Virus record (IMG/VR): IMGVR_UViG_2795386114_000001
Span: 28,783-92,782 of that record
Direction: 5' to 3' (one strand)
Length of the DNA stretch: 64,000 nt
Origin: a virus
Lineage: Duplodnaviria; Caudoviricetes
The notes beneath the pieces were generated by a model. It searched no databases. It saw only the letters and a program-made list of their open reading frames with translations, and had not been told where the DNA came from. Each line of letters opens with the position of its first letter. Within the stretch, counting starts at the first letter, position 1. Position numbers and translations under genes: made by a program. Shown here in pieces: positions 1-8,705 of the stretch.

Positions 1-150
1 TCCCTCAACGCCGAACTCCGGGACCGCATCATTGAGAACCACGAACTCCGCCGGGAAGCGGCCCGCGCTCTCCGATTCATCGAACGCGGCGACCTAGACT
101 CCGCGACGACCCTTCTGCGGCGTCTGTCCCTCAGCGTTGCCGAGAAGTAA
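1..150 (+). CDS. hypothetical protein, 3' end only (runs in from window edge)
   Basis: Frame 1 is open from base 1 (SLNAELRDRIIENHEL...) to TAA at 148-150, followed by the RBS of the next gene. Confidence 0.5.
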   Translation, partial: SLNAELRDRIIENHELRREAARALRFIERGDLDSATTLLRRLSLSVAEK

Positions 151-161
151 GGACCCCCACC

Positions 162-566
162 ATGGCCCGAACGAAGCCCGTTCCCATCTTCACCCCTTGG
201 GATGGACAGGCCATGACCATCCGCCATCACGAACACCACGAGCGCATCGCAAAGATCAGCTACGCGGAGACCGATCCGGCAGAGCCAGAATGTCTCACCG
301 GGTGGGTTCTCTGCTGGGCATGGAACCGTCTTCCGGTAACCATCCACGACACTGCTCTTGAGGCTGTCGCCCATGCCCGGGATGCGTATCCCGAGTATTT
401 GAAGGCCGAGAACGAGGCCACGCGGGGGTTCCGTGAGCGGGAAAAATATGAGGAGCGCTTCGTTCGCCGTCGTGCCAATTCCGTGGCGCGCGCCCTGCGA
501 GTACCGACCGGCGGTCAAAAAGGGTGGCAGAACCGTCGACCGTCAGCTCCTGACGCCGAACAGTGA
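162..566 (+). CDS. hypothetical protein (134 aa)
   Basis: ORF with AAGGA upstream; no recognisable motif. Confidence 0.6.
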   Translation: MARTKPVPIFTPWDGQAMTIRHHEHHERIAKISYAETDPAEPECLTGWVLCWAWNRLPVTIHDTALEAVAHARDAYPEYLKAENEATRGFREREKYEERFVRRRANSVARALRVPTGGQKGWQNRRPSAPDAEQ

Positions 567-900
567 CGACAGCGCCCCGTCTGAGGAAAGCAGGCGGAGG
601 CACCGTCATGCAGGCTACCGGCCGGCGGCGAGATTCGGACAACACGCGAAGTCGCAGGTCATTGACACCTACCGGGTACTAACGGTTCCTGGCGTTACAT
701 TGCCGAGTCACTGCGGGTGCCTTTGAGCTCCCGTGACTTCACCTGCACCCAGGTGCCCTGTGGCTGCGAATTGCAGCCCCCCAACACGCGAACCTACCGA
801 TGTGTTCTACCGTTCCCGCATCCGTCCATCGAGGTGGCTCAGGAAGGGAGGACACTGCCATGCCCGGAAGATGTGGCGACTTTCACACTGCGACAGAGGA

Positions 901-956
901 GCGTGGCGGTCCGGTGGCGTTCCGTGGTGCTGTGTGGCCATGTGTGGTCATGTGTA
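901..956. repeat. phased direct repeats with a GTGG core, about 10-bp period
   Basis: GTGG at 903, 914, 924, 934 and 944; last units TGTGTGGCCA/TGTGTGGTCA; in a long intergenic region. Confidence 0.5.
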
Positions 957-1160
957 CGCACCAGCGCGTGACGGGCCGTCACATCACATGCGCGCAGGGC
1001 GTCTCGCCCAGACGCGGACGCACGGTTGTCTACCCCCGCCGATACACTCGGCACGCAGAAGGAGCCCACCCCCGACGCGAGTTTCTCAGGCCAGTGTCGG
1101 GAGGGCTCCCTATGCGATGTCCCATTCGCCAAGTCACTGAAAGGCAGTGAAAGGAACAAC

Positions 1161-1346
1161 ATGAAGCAGGGTAACAAGGAGCCCGGTCCCGTGGACAGGT
1201 GGCTCGCCCGAGTGGCCCGCTACCTGCGGGAATGGCCCCGTCGGCACGCGCGGACTGTCCACGACCAGATCCTCAACGGGGTCGCGTACGGGGTCGGGAG
1301 CGGCGCGGTCAGCCTGCTGGTCCTCTGGTATGAAACCCGCCTCTGA
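1161..1346 (+). CDS. small membrane protein (61 aa)
   Basis: AAAGGA RBS before ATG 1161; C-terminal hydrophobic segment ILNGVAYGVGSGAVSLLVLWY; possible -10 TACACT at 1043. Confidence 0.65.
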   Translation: MKQGNKEPGPVDRWLARVARYLREWPRRHARTVHDQILNGVAYGVGSGAVSLLVLWYETRL

Positions 1347-1362
1347 CGGCGAACAGATCCAT

Positions 1363-1390
1363 GATGGCCCCCGCTACGGTGGGGGCCATC
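1363..1390. terminator. hairpin between convergent transcription units
   Basis: GATGGCCCCC...GGGGGCCATC perfect 10-bp stem. Confidence 0.7.
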
Positions 1391-1441
1391 CTCATGCCCG
1401 ACGCCTTTGGCTGCCCGCCTGGCTGCACTCGCTGATGTTCT

Positions 1442-1633
1442 TCATCGACGAGCCGACACCTGCGCCCGCCACTCCTCCAGCTCCCGGGTGCACAGCACGC
1501 ACAGAGGGTTCCCGCCCAACCCGTACCTGTGTGTCGGATGCTGGCACTTCGTGCACGGGCCCACCTGCGCGGGGGCGCACACGGGGGCCGGCGGGACGGG
1601 TCTGGCGGAGGTCGGGGTGCTCATGACGGCCAT
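1442..1633 (-). CDS. small Cys-rich protein, possible zinc finger
   Basis: CTKC...CVLC pairs; last gene of the minus-strand late block. Confidence 0.5.
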   Translation of the reverse strand: MAVMSTPTSARPVPPAPVCAPAQVGPCTKCQHPTHRYGLGGNPLCVLCTRELEEWRAQVSARR

Positions 1634-1673
1634 CGTACGAGCGTGCGGGCGTGGCAGTGCGGCCCGTCCTCGC

Positions 1674-2330
1674 TCACGCGCCGACTGCCGCCCACGGCCC
1701 GGCGAAGTCCGTTCCCGTGTTCGACCCCGGCGTGATTGACGACGGCAGTGCCGTCCGGCCGGTGCCGTTCTTCGCGAACCGGTAGGCCGATGCGGTCAGG
1801 CCCAGGTTCGAGGCCGTGTCGACGCCCGTCCAGCCGGAGCCGCGCGTCAACGTCGGAGGGGACGACGCGTTGAACACCATCCCTACCCAGTAGAACGCGC
1901 CGGCCGTCAGCGACTGGCTACTGATGGTGGTGGCCTTCAGCGTGGCCGACGAGATCGCCGAGTCGACGTTCGCGGACGCCAGCAACGTGCCGCTCGAGTT
2001 GTACAGGCCGACCTCGTTCTGGCCTGCGACGGGCCCGAATCCCTCGCCTCCGACCCACCAGTAGATTTTGGTGACGTTCACGTTGGCGGCGATGTTGATG
2101 CGGGTCAGGTACAGAACGCCGCCGGACAGCTGCGTGGAGTTGACCGCCAGGGCCGGGTCGTAGCACCAGGCGGCGATCCCGTGGGCGGACGGAGTGGCCT
2201 GCCCCAGCGCGTTGCCGGTGACGGCGAGTGTGCCGTCCACGGCCAGGTTTCCGGTGACCGCGGTGTTCCCGGCGAGCTGCCACGCGGTGCGCAGGCGGGA
2301 CCAGGCAAGAGGGATGCCCTGGAGAGTCAT
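1674..2330 (-). CDS. beta-rich virion accessory / fibre-associated protein
   Basis: Start MTLQGIP at 2330 with GGAG RBS; Thr/Gly/Ala-rich, VTGNLAVDGTLAVTGN fibre-like repeat; follows the collagen fibre gene. Confidence 0.6.
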   Translation of the reverse strand: MTLQGIPLAWSRLRTAWQLAGNTAVTGNLAVDGTLAVTGNALGQATPSAHGIAAWCYDPALAVNSTQLSGGVLYLTRINIAANVNVTKIYWWVGGEGFGPVAGQNEVGLYNSSGTLLASANVDSAISSATLKATTISSQSLTAGAFYWVGMVFNASSPPTLTRGSGWTGVDTASNLGLTASAYRFAKNGTGRTALPSSITPGSNTGTDFAGPWAAVGA

Positions 2331-2340
2331 GGCCGTCTCC

Positions 2341-4752
2341 TCAGTTGTACAGCCGGAGGACGTCGCCCACCGGGAGGACAGGGATGCCACGCGAGTTGAT
2401 GGCGTCCATGATCAGATTGAAATCTGTCTGGCTGCATTGGTTCGACGTGGTCACCGAGCCGGTGACGATCTCGTGGAAGGTGAGGATCAGCCAGTCACCT
2501 TGGAGTTGGCAGCGGTCCAGGGATCCGCCCGCGCCGGTCAGGTTCGAGGGGAGGCCTCTGGCGGAGGCGCCGGCGAGGGAGCCGATGCCGGTGATCGAGC
2601 GCATGCGGTACGGGGCCGGGGGCGGAAAGATCTCAAGGTTGTCGGCGCTGCTGATGCCTCGCCCGGATGAGAAGTAGCGGCAGGCGAGGGACTCGATGGA
2701 CACGTTGTCGCTGGTCTTGGAGAACCAGCCGCCGGGGTAGGCGAAGGAGGCGGACGGGAAGCCGTTGGAGGCCATCCACATGCGGGTATTGCGGATATCG
2801 TCCTCCACCACGGCCGCGGTGAGGGTGTTGTATTTCGCGTTGTGGTTGGTCACCGAGTAGGCGTGGCCGGCGACTTCCCACCCGGAGTTGTTCTGGACGG
2901 ACTGGAGTTGCGCCGTGGTGAGGTAGCCGCCGGTGCCGATGACGTCGCAGATCGTGTAGAGGGTGCCGCGGAAGCCGAGGCTGTCCATCTTGGGGCGGGC
3001 GCCGGTGTACTGGGTAGCGTAGGAGTCGTCGAACGTGACGCTGACGACGCCATTCGGGAACGTCTCGGTGGTGTCGTTGATGACCTCGATGGCCTGGAGG
3101 TTGACGGTGAGCGGATTGCCGGTGTTGTCATCGACGACCTGGAACAGCAGGTCGGTGAACCCCGACGTCGTCGAGGGGACGCCCGTGGACGAGATCGAGT
3201 AGGTGCCCGTTGCGGATCGGACGTCCGCCCACGACAGCGTCATCACCGCCCACTCCCCGCTGAGGACCTGGTTCTCCGCGGTGGAGGCGTGGGTGTGGAG
3301 CCGCCAGGAGAACGTGTTGGCGATCGTAGATGTGCCGACCTGCACGTTGATCTGGTTCAGGTGCGTCACGTCACTGACCCGGAACACCAGCCGGAGCGCC
3401 TTGCCCGTCAGGTCGGGCAGGGCGCTGCCCAGGCGACGAATGTTCGCGACCGCGCCCGTACCGGTCGTGACGACCTGAAAGGACTGCGTACCGCGGCAAA
3501 ACGTGTCGGTGTCGTTGACGTTCGACGAAGCGACACCGGATCCGGACGCCGTCCAACCGTGCCCGGACTGGAACTGCTGCGACCAACTGGCGGGCCGCCA
3601 GGCAGGCCTCGGGCTGGACGGCAGCATCAGCGGCAGGGTGACACCCGCTGTGCTGAGTCGGCCGCCAACGATCAGATTGTCGTCGGTGGCGAGGGTGTCG
3701 GCACCGGCCCGGTACAGGTTGGTGTCCCGGGCTGCGTTTCCGGGACCCCATTCTTGTCGTCCAGCGGCGTCGCGCCGGTACCGGTCGAAAGTGTCCCCGG
3801 AGGCCAGGGACGCCTGCGCGACGGTTGTTGAGCTGGTCAGGGTGGCGTTGAGGGTGCCGGTCATGGAGCCACCGGCGAGCGCAAGAAGGCCGCCGAGCGC
3901 GGTGGTCAGGCCAGTCACTTGGGATTGGGCGACGGTGACGGGGTCGGTGCCGCCGGACGCGTGGCTGCTGGAGTGCGCAGTTGGGGTGCGGGCGTTGGTG
4001 GTGGTGGGGTCGGTCGACTTCAAGGCGATCGTGTCGCCTGCGCCGGCCGCCCCGAGCGGGGGCTGCGGGCCTTGCGGCCCGGTGTCGCCGGTGTCGCCCT
4101 TCGGGCCCTGCGCTCCGGTGGCTCCTGCGGGCCCCTGATCGCCCGTGTCGCCCTTGGGGCCCTGCACACCCTGGACCCCCTGCGGGCCGGTCTCGCCGGT
4201 GTCACCCTTCGGGCCCTGCGGCCCGGTCGCGCCCGCCGGGCCGGGGTCGCCTTGCGGCCCCTGCGGTCCGACGAGGCTAGCCAGCCATTCCTCCTCTGTG
4301 GTGCCTGAGAAGCCGTTCAGTTGGGCTAGCTCGTAGGCGGACAGGCCTGCCTCGCCCGTGTCTCCCTTGTCGCCCTTCTGCCCGGCCAGGTAGACAACCG
4401 TGCCGTCCCCGGTCTGTGTGTCGGACAGGTCAGCGCGGATGGAGCCCACCCAGTGCTCGCCCGTCGCGGGGACGGCGATGAACGTGCGCATCGGGGTGCC
4501 GTCCAGGGCGCGGCCTTCGGTGATCGCCCACAGGGTGTCGCCCGCGTCGGAGACGATCTCACTGTTCGGGGTGAGGTCGACGGTCCAGACGCCGTCGCTG
4601 TTGGGGGTGATGCGCTGCGACTGGACGACTTCCCCGGGGACGCTGGCGACGTAGCCGACCGCTGGCTTCCCGGTCACGTCGACGAGGGTGGCGGTCATCT
4701 CCACCCGCTGCGGGTTGGGGGCCCCGATCAGTTTCCCGTTCACCGTGGTCAT
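2341..4752 (-). CDS. collagen-like fibre protein with C-terminal polysaccharide deacetylase (NodB/CE4) domain
   Basis: Gly-X-Y run ([25 protein letters not shown]...); CE4 motifs [29 protein letters not shown]. Confidence 0.8.
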   Translation of the reverse strand: MTTVNGKLIGAPNPQRVEMTATLVDVTGKPAVGYVASVPGEVVQSQRITPNSDGVWTVDLTPNSEIVSDAGDTLWAITEGRALDGTPMRTFIAVPATGEHWVGSIRADLSDTQTGDGTVVYLAGQKGDKGDTGEAGLSAYELAQLNGFSGTTEEEWLASLVGPQGPQGDPGPAGATGPQGPKGDTGETGPQGVQGVQGPKGDTGDQGPAGATGAQGPKGDTGDTGPQGPQPPLGAAGAGDTIALKSTDPTTTNARTPTAHSSSHASGGTDPVTVAQSQVTGLTTALGGLLALAGGSMTGTLNATLTSSTTVAQASLASGDTFDRYRRDAAGRQEWGPGNAARDTNLYRAGADTLATDDNLIVGGRLSTAGVTLPLMLPSSPRPAWRPASWSQQFQSGHGWTASGSGVASSNVNDTDTFCRGTQSFQVVTTGTGAVANIRRLGSALPDLTGKALRLVFRVSDVTHLNQINVQVGTSTIANTFSWRLHTHASTAENQVLSGEWAVMTLSWADVRSATGTYSISSTGVPSTTSGFTDLLFQVVDDNTGNPLTVNLQAIEVINDTTETFPNGVVSVTFDDSYATQYTGARPKMDSLGFRGTLYTICDVIGTGGYLTTAQLQSVQNNSGWEVAGHAYSVTNHNAKYNTLTAAVVEDDIRNTRMWMASNGFPSASFAYPGGWFSKTSDNVSIESLACRYFSSGRGISSADNLEIFPPPAPYRMRSITGIGSLAGASARGLPSNLTGAGGSLDRCQLQGDWLILTFHEIVTGSVTTSNQCSQTDFNLIMDAINSRGIPVLPVGDVLRLYN

Positions 4753-4769
4753 GGCTGCTGTACTCCAGG

Positions 4770-5120
4770 TCAGGCGGTCGGCGGGCCGGGATCATCAGAC
4801 TCGTGCTGGGTGTCGTGCAGGGCGCCCTGATGCTGGGCTTTGAGGACCATGAGGGTGCGCTGCATCACCAGCGCGGCAATCAGCAGCAGGATCAGCGTGC
4901 GCACGAACCGCATGGCCGAGGCCGGTGCACCTTCCTGCCAGATCGTGATCAGCACGGTGTACGCGCCGAGCGCCCCTATAGCGAGCGTGAACATCATCAA
5001 GTGGCGGCCCACCGCAGTGGACCGCCATGGCGCGTGCCGGTGGTAGACGACGGCGAACACGGCGCAGCACAGGGTGACCAGGCCCGATGCGGCTGTGTTG
5101 GCGAGCTGTGCGCAGTCCAT
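4770..5120 (-). CDS. putative holin-like membrane protein (3 TM)
   Basis: 116 aa, three hydrophobic helices, in lysis cassette. Confidence 0.6.
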   Translation of the reverse strand: MDCAQLANTAASGLVTLCCAVFAVVYHRHAPWRSTAVGRHLMMFTLAIGALGAYTVLITIWQEGAPASAMRFVRTLILLLIAALVMQRTLMVLKAQHQGALHDTQHESDDPGPPTA

Positions 5121-5365
5121 CAGTGACGGCCTCCCTCCAAAGCGGCGCGGAACATTTCCGCGAAATGGTTGCGTTGCCGCTCCCGTGCCAGGCGGGCGGC
5201 GACTTCAGCGACGGCCGGCCGGTGCGCTTCAACTTCCCGGCGCGCCCGTTGTGCGCGGGTCAGAGCCGACTCGGCGGCCTTCTGCCCCGCTGTCTGTCGG
5301 GGTGTCTCCGAGTCCTGGGGGGTGGGCTTAGGACGGCGGCGCAGCAACCGGCTTATCCATCGCAT
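5120..5365 (-). CDS. small basic lysis-cassette protein
   Basis: MRWISRLLRRR...RNHFAEMFRAAL; typical of actinophage lysis regions; coupled to the next gene. Confidence 0.6.
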   Translation of the reverse strand: MRWISRLLRRRPKPTPQDSETPRQTAGQKAAESALTRAQRARREVEAHRPAVAEVAARLARERQRNHFAEMFRAALEGGRH

Positions 5366-5660
5366 CCCCTGGCACCTCCCCCCTGATCGCGCGCAGCACG
5401 TGGTCGGCGGTGCGGGACAACTCCAGCAGTTCACCGACCTGTGCCTGCGACTCCACGCGTGCGGCCTCGCTCTCCCGGTAGGCGTCACGCCAGGCGTCTC
5501 GTTCCGCGACGAGAGCCTGGATACGGTCGTTGCGGTCCTGGCGGACGTCCTCGACCACGGAGCGGGGGACGAGGTTGCCGCGCAGGATGAGCAGCACGAT
5601 GAGGGTGACGAGGGCGATGGCTCCGCCTTGGGCGATGTTGATGCCCATCAGCTCGTTCAC
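5328..5660 (-). CDS. membrane-anchored coiled-coil lysis accessory protein
   Basis: N-terminal TM (GGAIALVTLIVLLILRG) then coiled coil. Confidence 0.65.
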   Translation of the reverse strand: MNELMGINIAQGGAIALVTLIVLLILRGNLVPRSVVEDVRQDRNDRIQALVAERDAWRDAYRESEAARVESQAQVGELLELSRTADHVLRAIRGEVPGDAMDKPVAAPPS

Positions 5661-5734
5661 CGGTGCCGCTCCCTAGTGGTGGGGCACGCCCGCACTGCTG
5701 CCAGACGGTGCCGCGCGTGCCAGGTGGTCATCGG

Positions 5735-6121
5735 TCAGACCGCGGTCGGCTTGGGCGCCCGCTCCAGCGGGCTGGACTGCTCGAGCCGGACCTCGGGCAC
5801 CGGGGCGGTCACCTCGCGCCGCAGGAAGATGGCAACCGCGCTCTCGACGATCAGCATCCACAGGGCCTGCTGCTCGGCGCTCATCTCCAGGCCGAAGCCG
5901 AGGAACAGGGCCAGGCTGGCTTGGGCGAGGTTCACGATGGCGGCCGCGGCCGCGCCGGTGCGCAGCACGATCGCCTCGATGAGGGCGACGGCGCAGGACA
6001 GGACGGCCATGATGACGGCCTGCTGGTCGGCGCTGACGTCGAGGCCGTAGGCGGATGCCAGCTTGAGGGCGACGGCGATGAAGCCCAGGATGTAGACGGG
6101 CTCTCTTCCGAGGATCTTCAC
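5735..6121 (-). CDS. holin
   Basis: MKILGREPV start, four hydrophobic segments, directly downstream of the endolysin. Confidence 0.7.
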   Translation of the reverse strand: MKILGREPVYILGFIAVALKLASAYGLDVSADQQAVIMAVLSCAVALIEAIVLRTGAAAAAIVNLAQASLALFLGFGLEMSAEQQALWMLIVESAVAIFLRREVTAPVPEVRLEQSSPLERAPKPTAV

Positions 6122-6155
6122 GGGTTTCTCCAGGTGGGAGGGTGGTGGGGGGTGG

Positions 6156-7496
6156 TCAGACGTTGGGGACCTTGAGCCGGTCCCAGGAGGTCTTGCCGGG
6201 GATCCCGTCGGCGTCCGCGCCGGCGTAGCCGAGCTTCTTCTGCCAGCGCCTGTAGGACTCCCTGTCGGCGTTGGTCCAGTTCGGGCCCGGCCCGTTGCGG
6301 TAGACCGCGCAGCCTTCCTGAACGAGGCGCCTCCCCATCGCGGTGATGACCGGGGAGTGGCGGCCGCCGTGGAAGAACTCGGCGCCCGGGAACGGCTCGT
6401 ACTGCGGCGCGGCCGGCTTGGTCGCGGGCAGCTTCAGCTTCTGCCCCACCGTCAGGTCGTCGGGGTCCCGCAGCGCGTTCAGCGACACCAGCTTGGCAAC
6501 AGTCGTACCGTGTGCCTTGGCGATGCTGGTGAGGGTGTCGCCCGGCTTCACCGTGTATGTCGACGCGCTGGGCGCAGGGGTGTCGTTGCCGCCGGACTCG
6601 TTGACGACGGCCTTGCCGGGAACGACCGAGGTGTCGATGGCGCCCGGATCCCAGTGGCTGTTGCCGGGCACGTGCATGTGCCCGAAGTGGCCGCCCTTGG
6701 TCTGCCACGTGGTCCGGTTGCGTGTCGTCTTGGCGACGGCGGTAGCGGTGGCCAGTGGGGCGCCGGCGGGCCATACGTCGGGGATGCCGTGCGCTCGCAT
6801 CGCAGCGAGCAGCTTGCGGAAGTTGGGCTTCTTGGCGGGGTCGAAGCCCTTCGTCCACGGGGAGCTGGCGCGCCCGAGGACCTCCACCTGGATGTTGACC
6901 TTGCCTTCGCGGTTGGTGCGGCGGGTGCCGTCGTTCTGGAGCGCGCGGGCGGACTGGGTGAGCGGCCCGAACTGGCCGAGCTTGTCGCTGTCGGGGTCGT
7001 AGATGACCTGCGGTTCCGAGGCGACCCGGATCAGGTAGGCGGCGATGGAGGTGAAGTAGCCGCCGCCTGCTGGGGACTCGGTGGTGTGCCAGGTCGCGCG
7101 GGGCGGGTTCTCCGGGTGGTCCATGGCGCCGCCGATGGACTGATCCCCGAAGCGGACAGCGACGTCAATGTAGGCGGGGCCGGACGCGCCGCGCGGCAGG
7201 TCGATGCCCTCAATCTGGGTCTTCGGGTCCGGGTCCGGGTCGTACACCCGGTACTCGAGGGCGCCCACGGGCACGTACACGTCCAGGTCACCGTCGTTGC
7301 GGAGCACCATGAAGGCGCCGTCGATGTGCGGGTGCTGGCGGACGAAACGCGGGGAGGTCTTCAGGGCGGCGATGGCGCGTACTTCGTCGACGTGGGCCTG
7401 GTCGACGACGCCGAGGTAGGTGGTTTCCACCTGCTGCCCGTCGGTGTCCGGATCCGGTGAGGCGAGGTGGTCGATGGCGACGTGGTACTCGGTCAT
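6156..7496 (-). CDS. endolysin: N-acetylmuramoyl-L-alanine amidase + LysM + peptidoglycan-binding domain
   Basis: Amidase motifs WHTTE, IQVEV, GHMHVPGNSHWDPG; LysM YTVKPGDTLTSIAKAHGTTVAKLVSLN; PG-binding WQKKLGY..ADGIPGKTSW. Confidence 0.88.
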   Translation of the reverse strand: MTEYHVAIDHLASPDPDTDGQQVETTYLGVVDQAHVDEVRAIAALKTSPRFVRQHPHIDGAFMVLRNDGDLDVYVPVGALEYRVYDPDPDPKTQIEGIDLPRGASGPAYIDVAVRFGDQSIGGAMDHPENPPRATWHTTESPAGGGYFTSIAAYLIRVASEPQVIYDPDSDKLGQFGPLTQSARALQNDGTRRTNREGKVNIQVEVLGRASSPWTKGFDPAKKPNFRKLLAAMRAHGIPDVWPAGAPLATATAVAKTTRNRTTWQTKGGHFGHMHVPGNSHWDPGAIDTSVVPGKAVVNESGGNDTPAPSASTYTVKPGDTLTSIAKAHGTTVAKLVSLNALRDPDDLTVGQKLKLPATKPAAPQYEPFPGAEFFHGGRHSPVITAMGRRLVQEGCAVYRNGPGPNWTNADRESYRRWQKKLGYAGADADGIPGKTSWDRLKVPNV

Positions 7497-8320
7497 CGCG
7501 AGTTGTCCAATCGGGGCTGGATCAGGTCGATTTCGTTGCGGAGCTCCTGGTAGAGAGCGAGGGTCATGCGGAAGCTGCCGGAGTCGCCCCAGGACTGTGA
7601 CCAGGAATTTTGCACGCGCAGGATGGTGTGGTCGTAGAAGATCCGGTTGGTGGATTCGTCCACTGCCACGGCTTCCAGGGCGGTGATGCAGACTTCGTGT
7701 CCGCCGACTACAGGCGAGTTCTGCCAGTTCGGGATCTCGTCCAGGAGGGCCAGGTCTCCGGTCGGGGAGCTGAATGCGTCATGCCAGGGCATTCCCATCA
7801 ACACGGGGCCGGTCTGGAGGAGGGTGCAGAGTTCCTCTGCCGTGGTGGCGTGCCCGTACTGGTCGATGAGGCCGCGGGTGCGCAAGGCCTTGGCGACGCC
7901 GAGGCCGGAGGAGCCACAGTCGGTCGTGGGCCACGTGTAGTCGTTCCACTGGTCGCGGTGGGTGGCGTCGGAGTACAGGCCGATCGCCCACGCCTCGGCG
8001 GCCGCCGGATCGGTGACGTCGAGTCCGGCCTGGGCGAGCTCACCGGCGGTGTGGAGGGCGGAGATGAGGGCGGTGGCGGCGTTGCCCGTGCACGAGCCGA
8101 GAGCGTCGACGTCGTCGGCGCCCTCGAAGAGTTGGCTGGTGTGGATGTTCTGGGCGAGGAGGTTCTGCTGGTCCAGGACCGGGATCTTGGGCGCCCATTC
8201 CACGGGGTGGAGGGGGCTGCCGCTGTAGGGGCGCCGGTAGGCGAGGCTGCGCGGGTCCAGCACGAGGTGCCGGCCGAGGCCCGGCCGTACGTCGTACTTT
8301 TTGATGGTGAGGTCGGGCAC
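7493..8320 (-). CDS. papain-like (C1) cysteine peptidase
   Basis: VLDQ...GSCTGNA, GGHEV and QNSWSQSWGDSG give the Q/C/H/N set; stop overlaps the endolysin start. Confidence 0.8.
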   Translation of the reverse strand: MPDLTIKKYDVRPGLGRHLVLDPRSLAYRRPYSGSPLHPVEWAPKIPVLDQQNLLAQNIHTSQLFEGADDVDALGSCTGNAATALISALHTAGELAQAGLDVTDPAAAEAWAIGLYSDATHRDQWNDYTWPTTDCGSSGLGVAKALRTRGLIDQYGHATTAEELCTLLQTGPVLMGMPWHDAFSSPTGDLALLDEIPNWQNSPVVGGHEVCITALEAVAVDESTNRIFYDHTILRVQNSWSQSWGDSGSFRMTLALYQELRNEIDLIQPRLDNSR

Positions 8321-8481
8321 TCGCCCGTGCTCCTGCACTCCCCGCGCCCAGAGCTGGTGATTCGTGCGGGCCACTGTTGTGTGGCCGTCCCTCAGGCGGT
8401 GATGCAGGGGCGCGGGCGGAGGGTCGCCCGGCTGATCTCAGGCTAAGGCCTGCCGGGAACGGTGTTCCCCCTGTGGTGTGG

Positions 8482-8703
8482 TTACTGGGGTGCGGGCGGG
8501 AGGGGCGTGACGGGGAACAGCTGCTCGTGGCGTTCGGCGTTGGTGGAGGTGACGTAGTCGACGTTGTCGAGGAGCCACTGCTCGATGTGGTGGGCGAGGG
8601 CGGTCTCGTCGACCTGCGTGTATTCGGACTGCACGTTGACGTACACGCGGACTGGGTCGGCTTCGCCGTTGCCGTTGATGAGGGTGTAGGGGTACTCGGC
8701 CAT
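8482..8703 (-). CDS. small acidic protein, possible fibre chaperone
   Basis: MAEYPYTLING... 73 aa, immediately after the tail fibre gene. Confidence 0.55.
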   Translation of the reverse strand: MAEYPYTLINGNGEADPVRVYVNVQSEYTQVDETALAHHIEQWLLDNVDYVTSTNAERHEQLFPVTPLPPAPQ

Positions 8704-8705
8704 GG

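Noticed and set aside
4060-4270. Collagen repeats as a DGR or VNTR
   Set aside because: Explained by Gly-X-Y coding; no reverse transcriptase in the window
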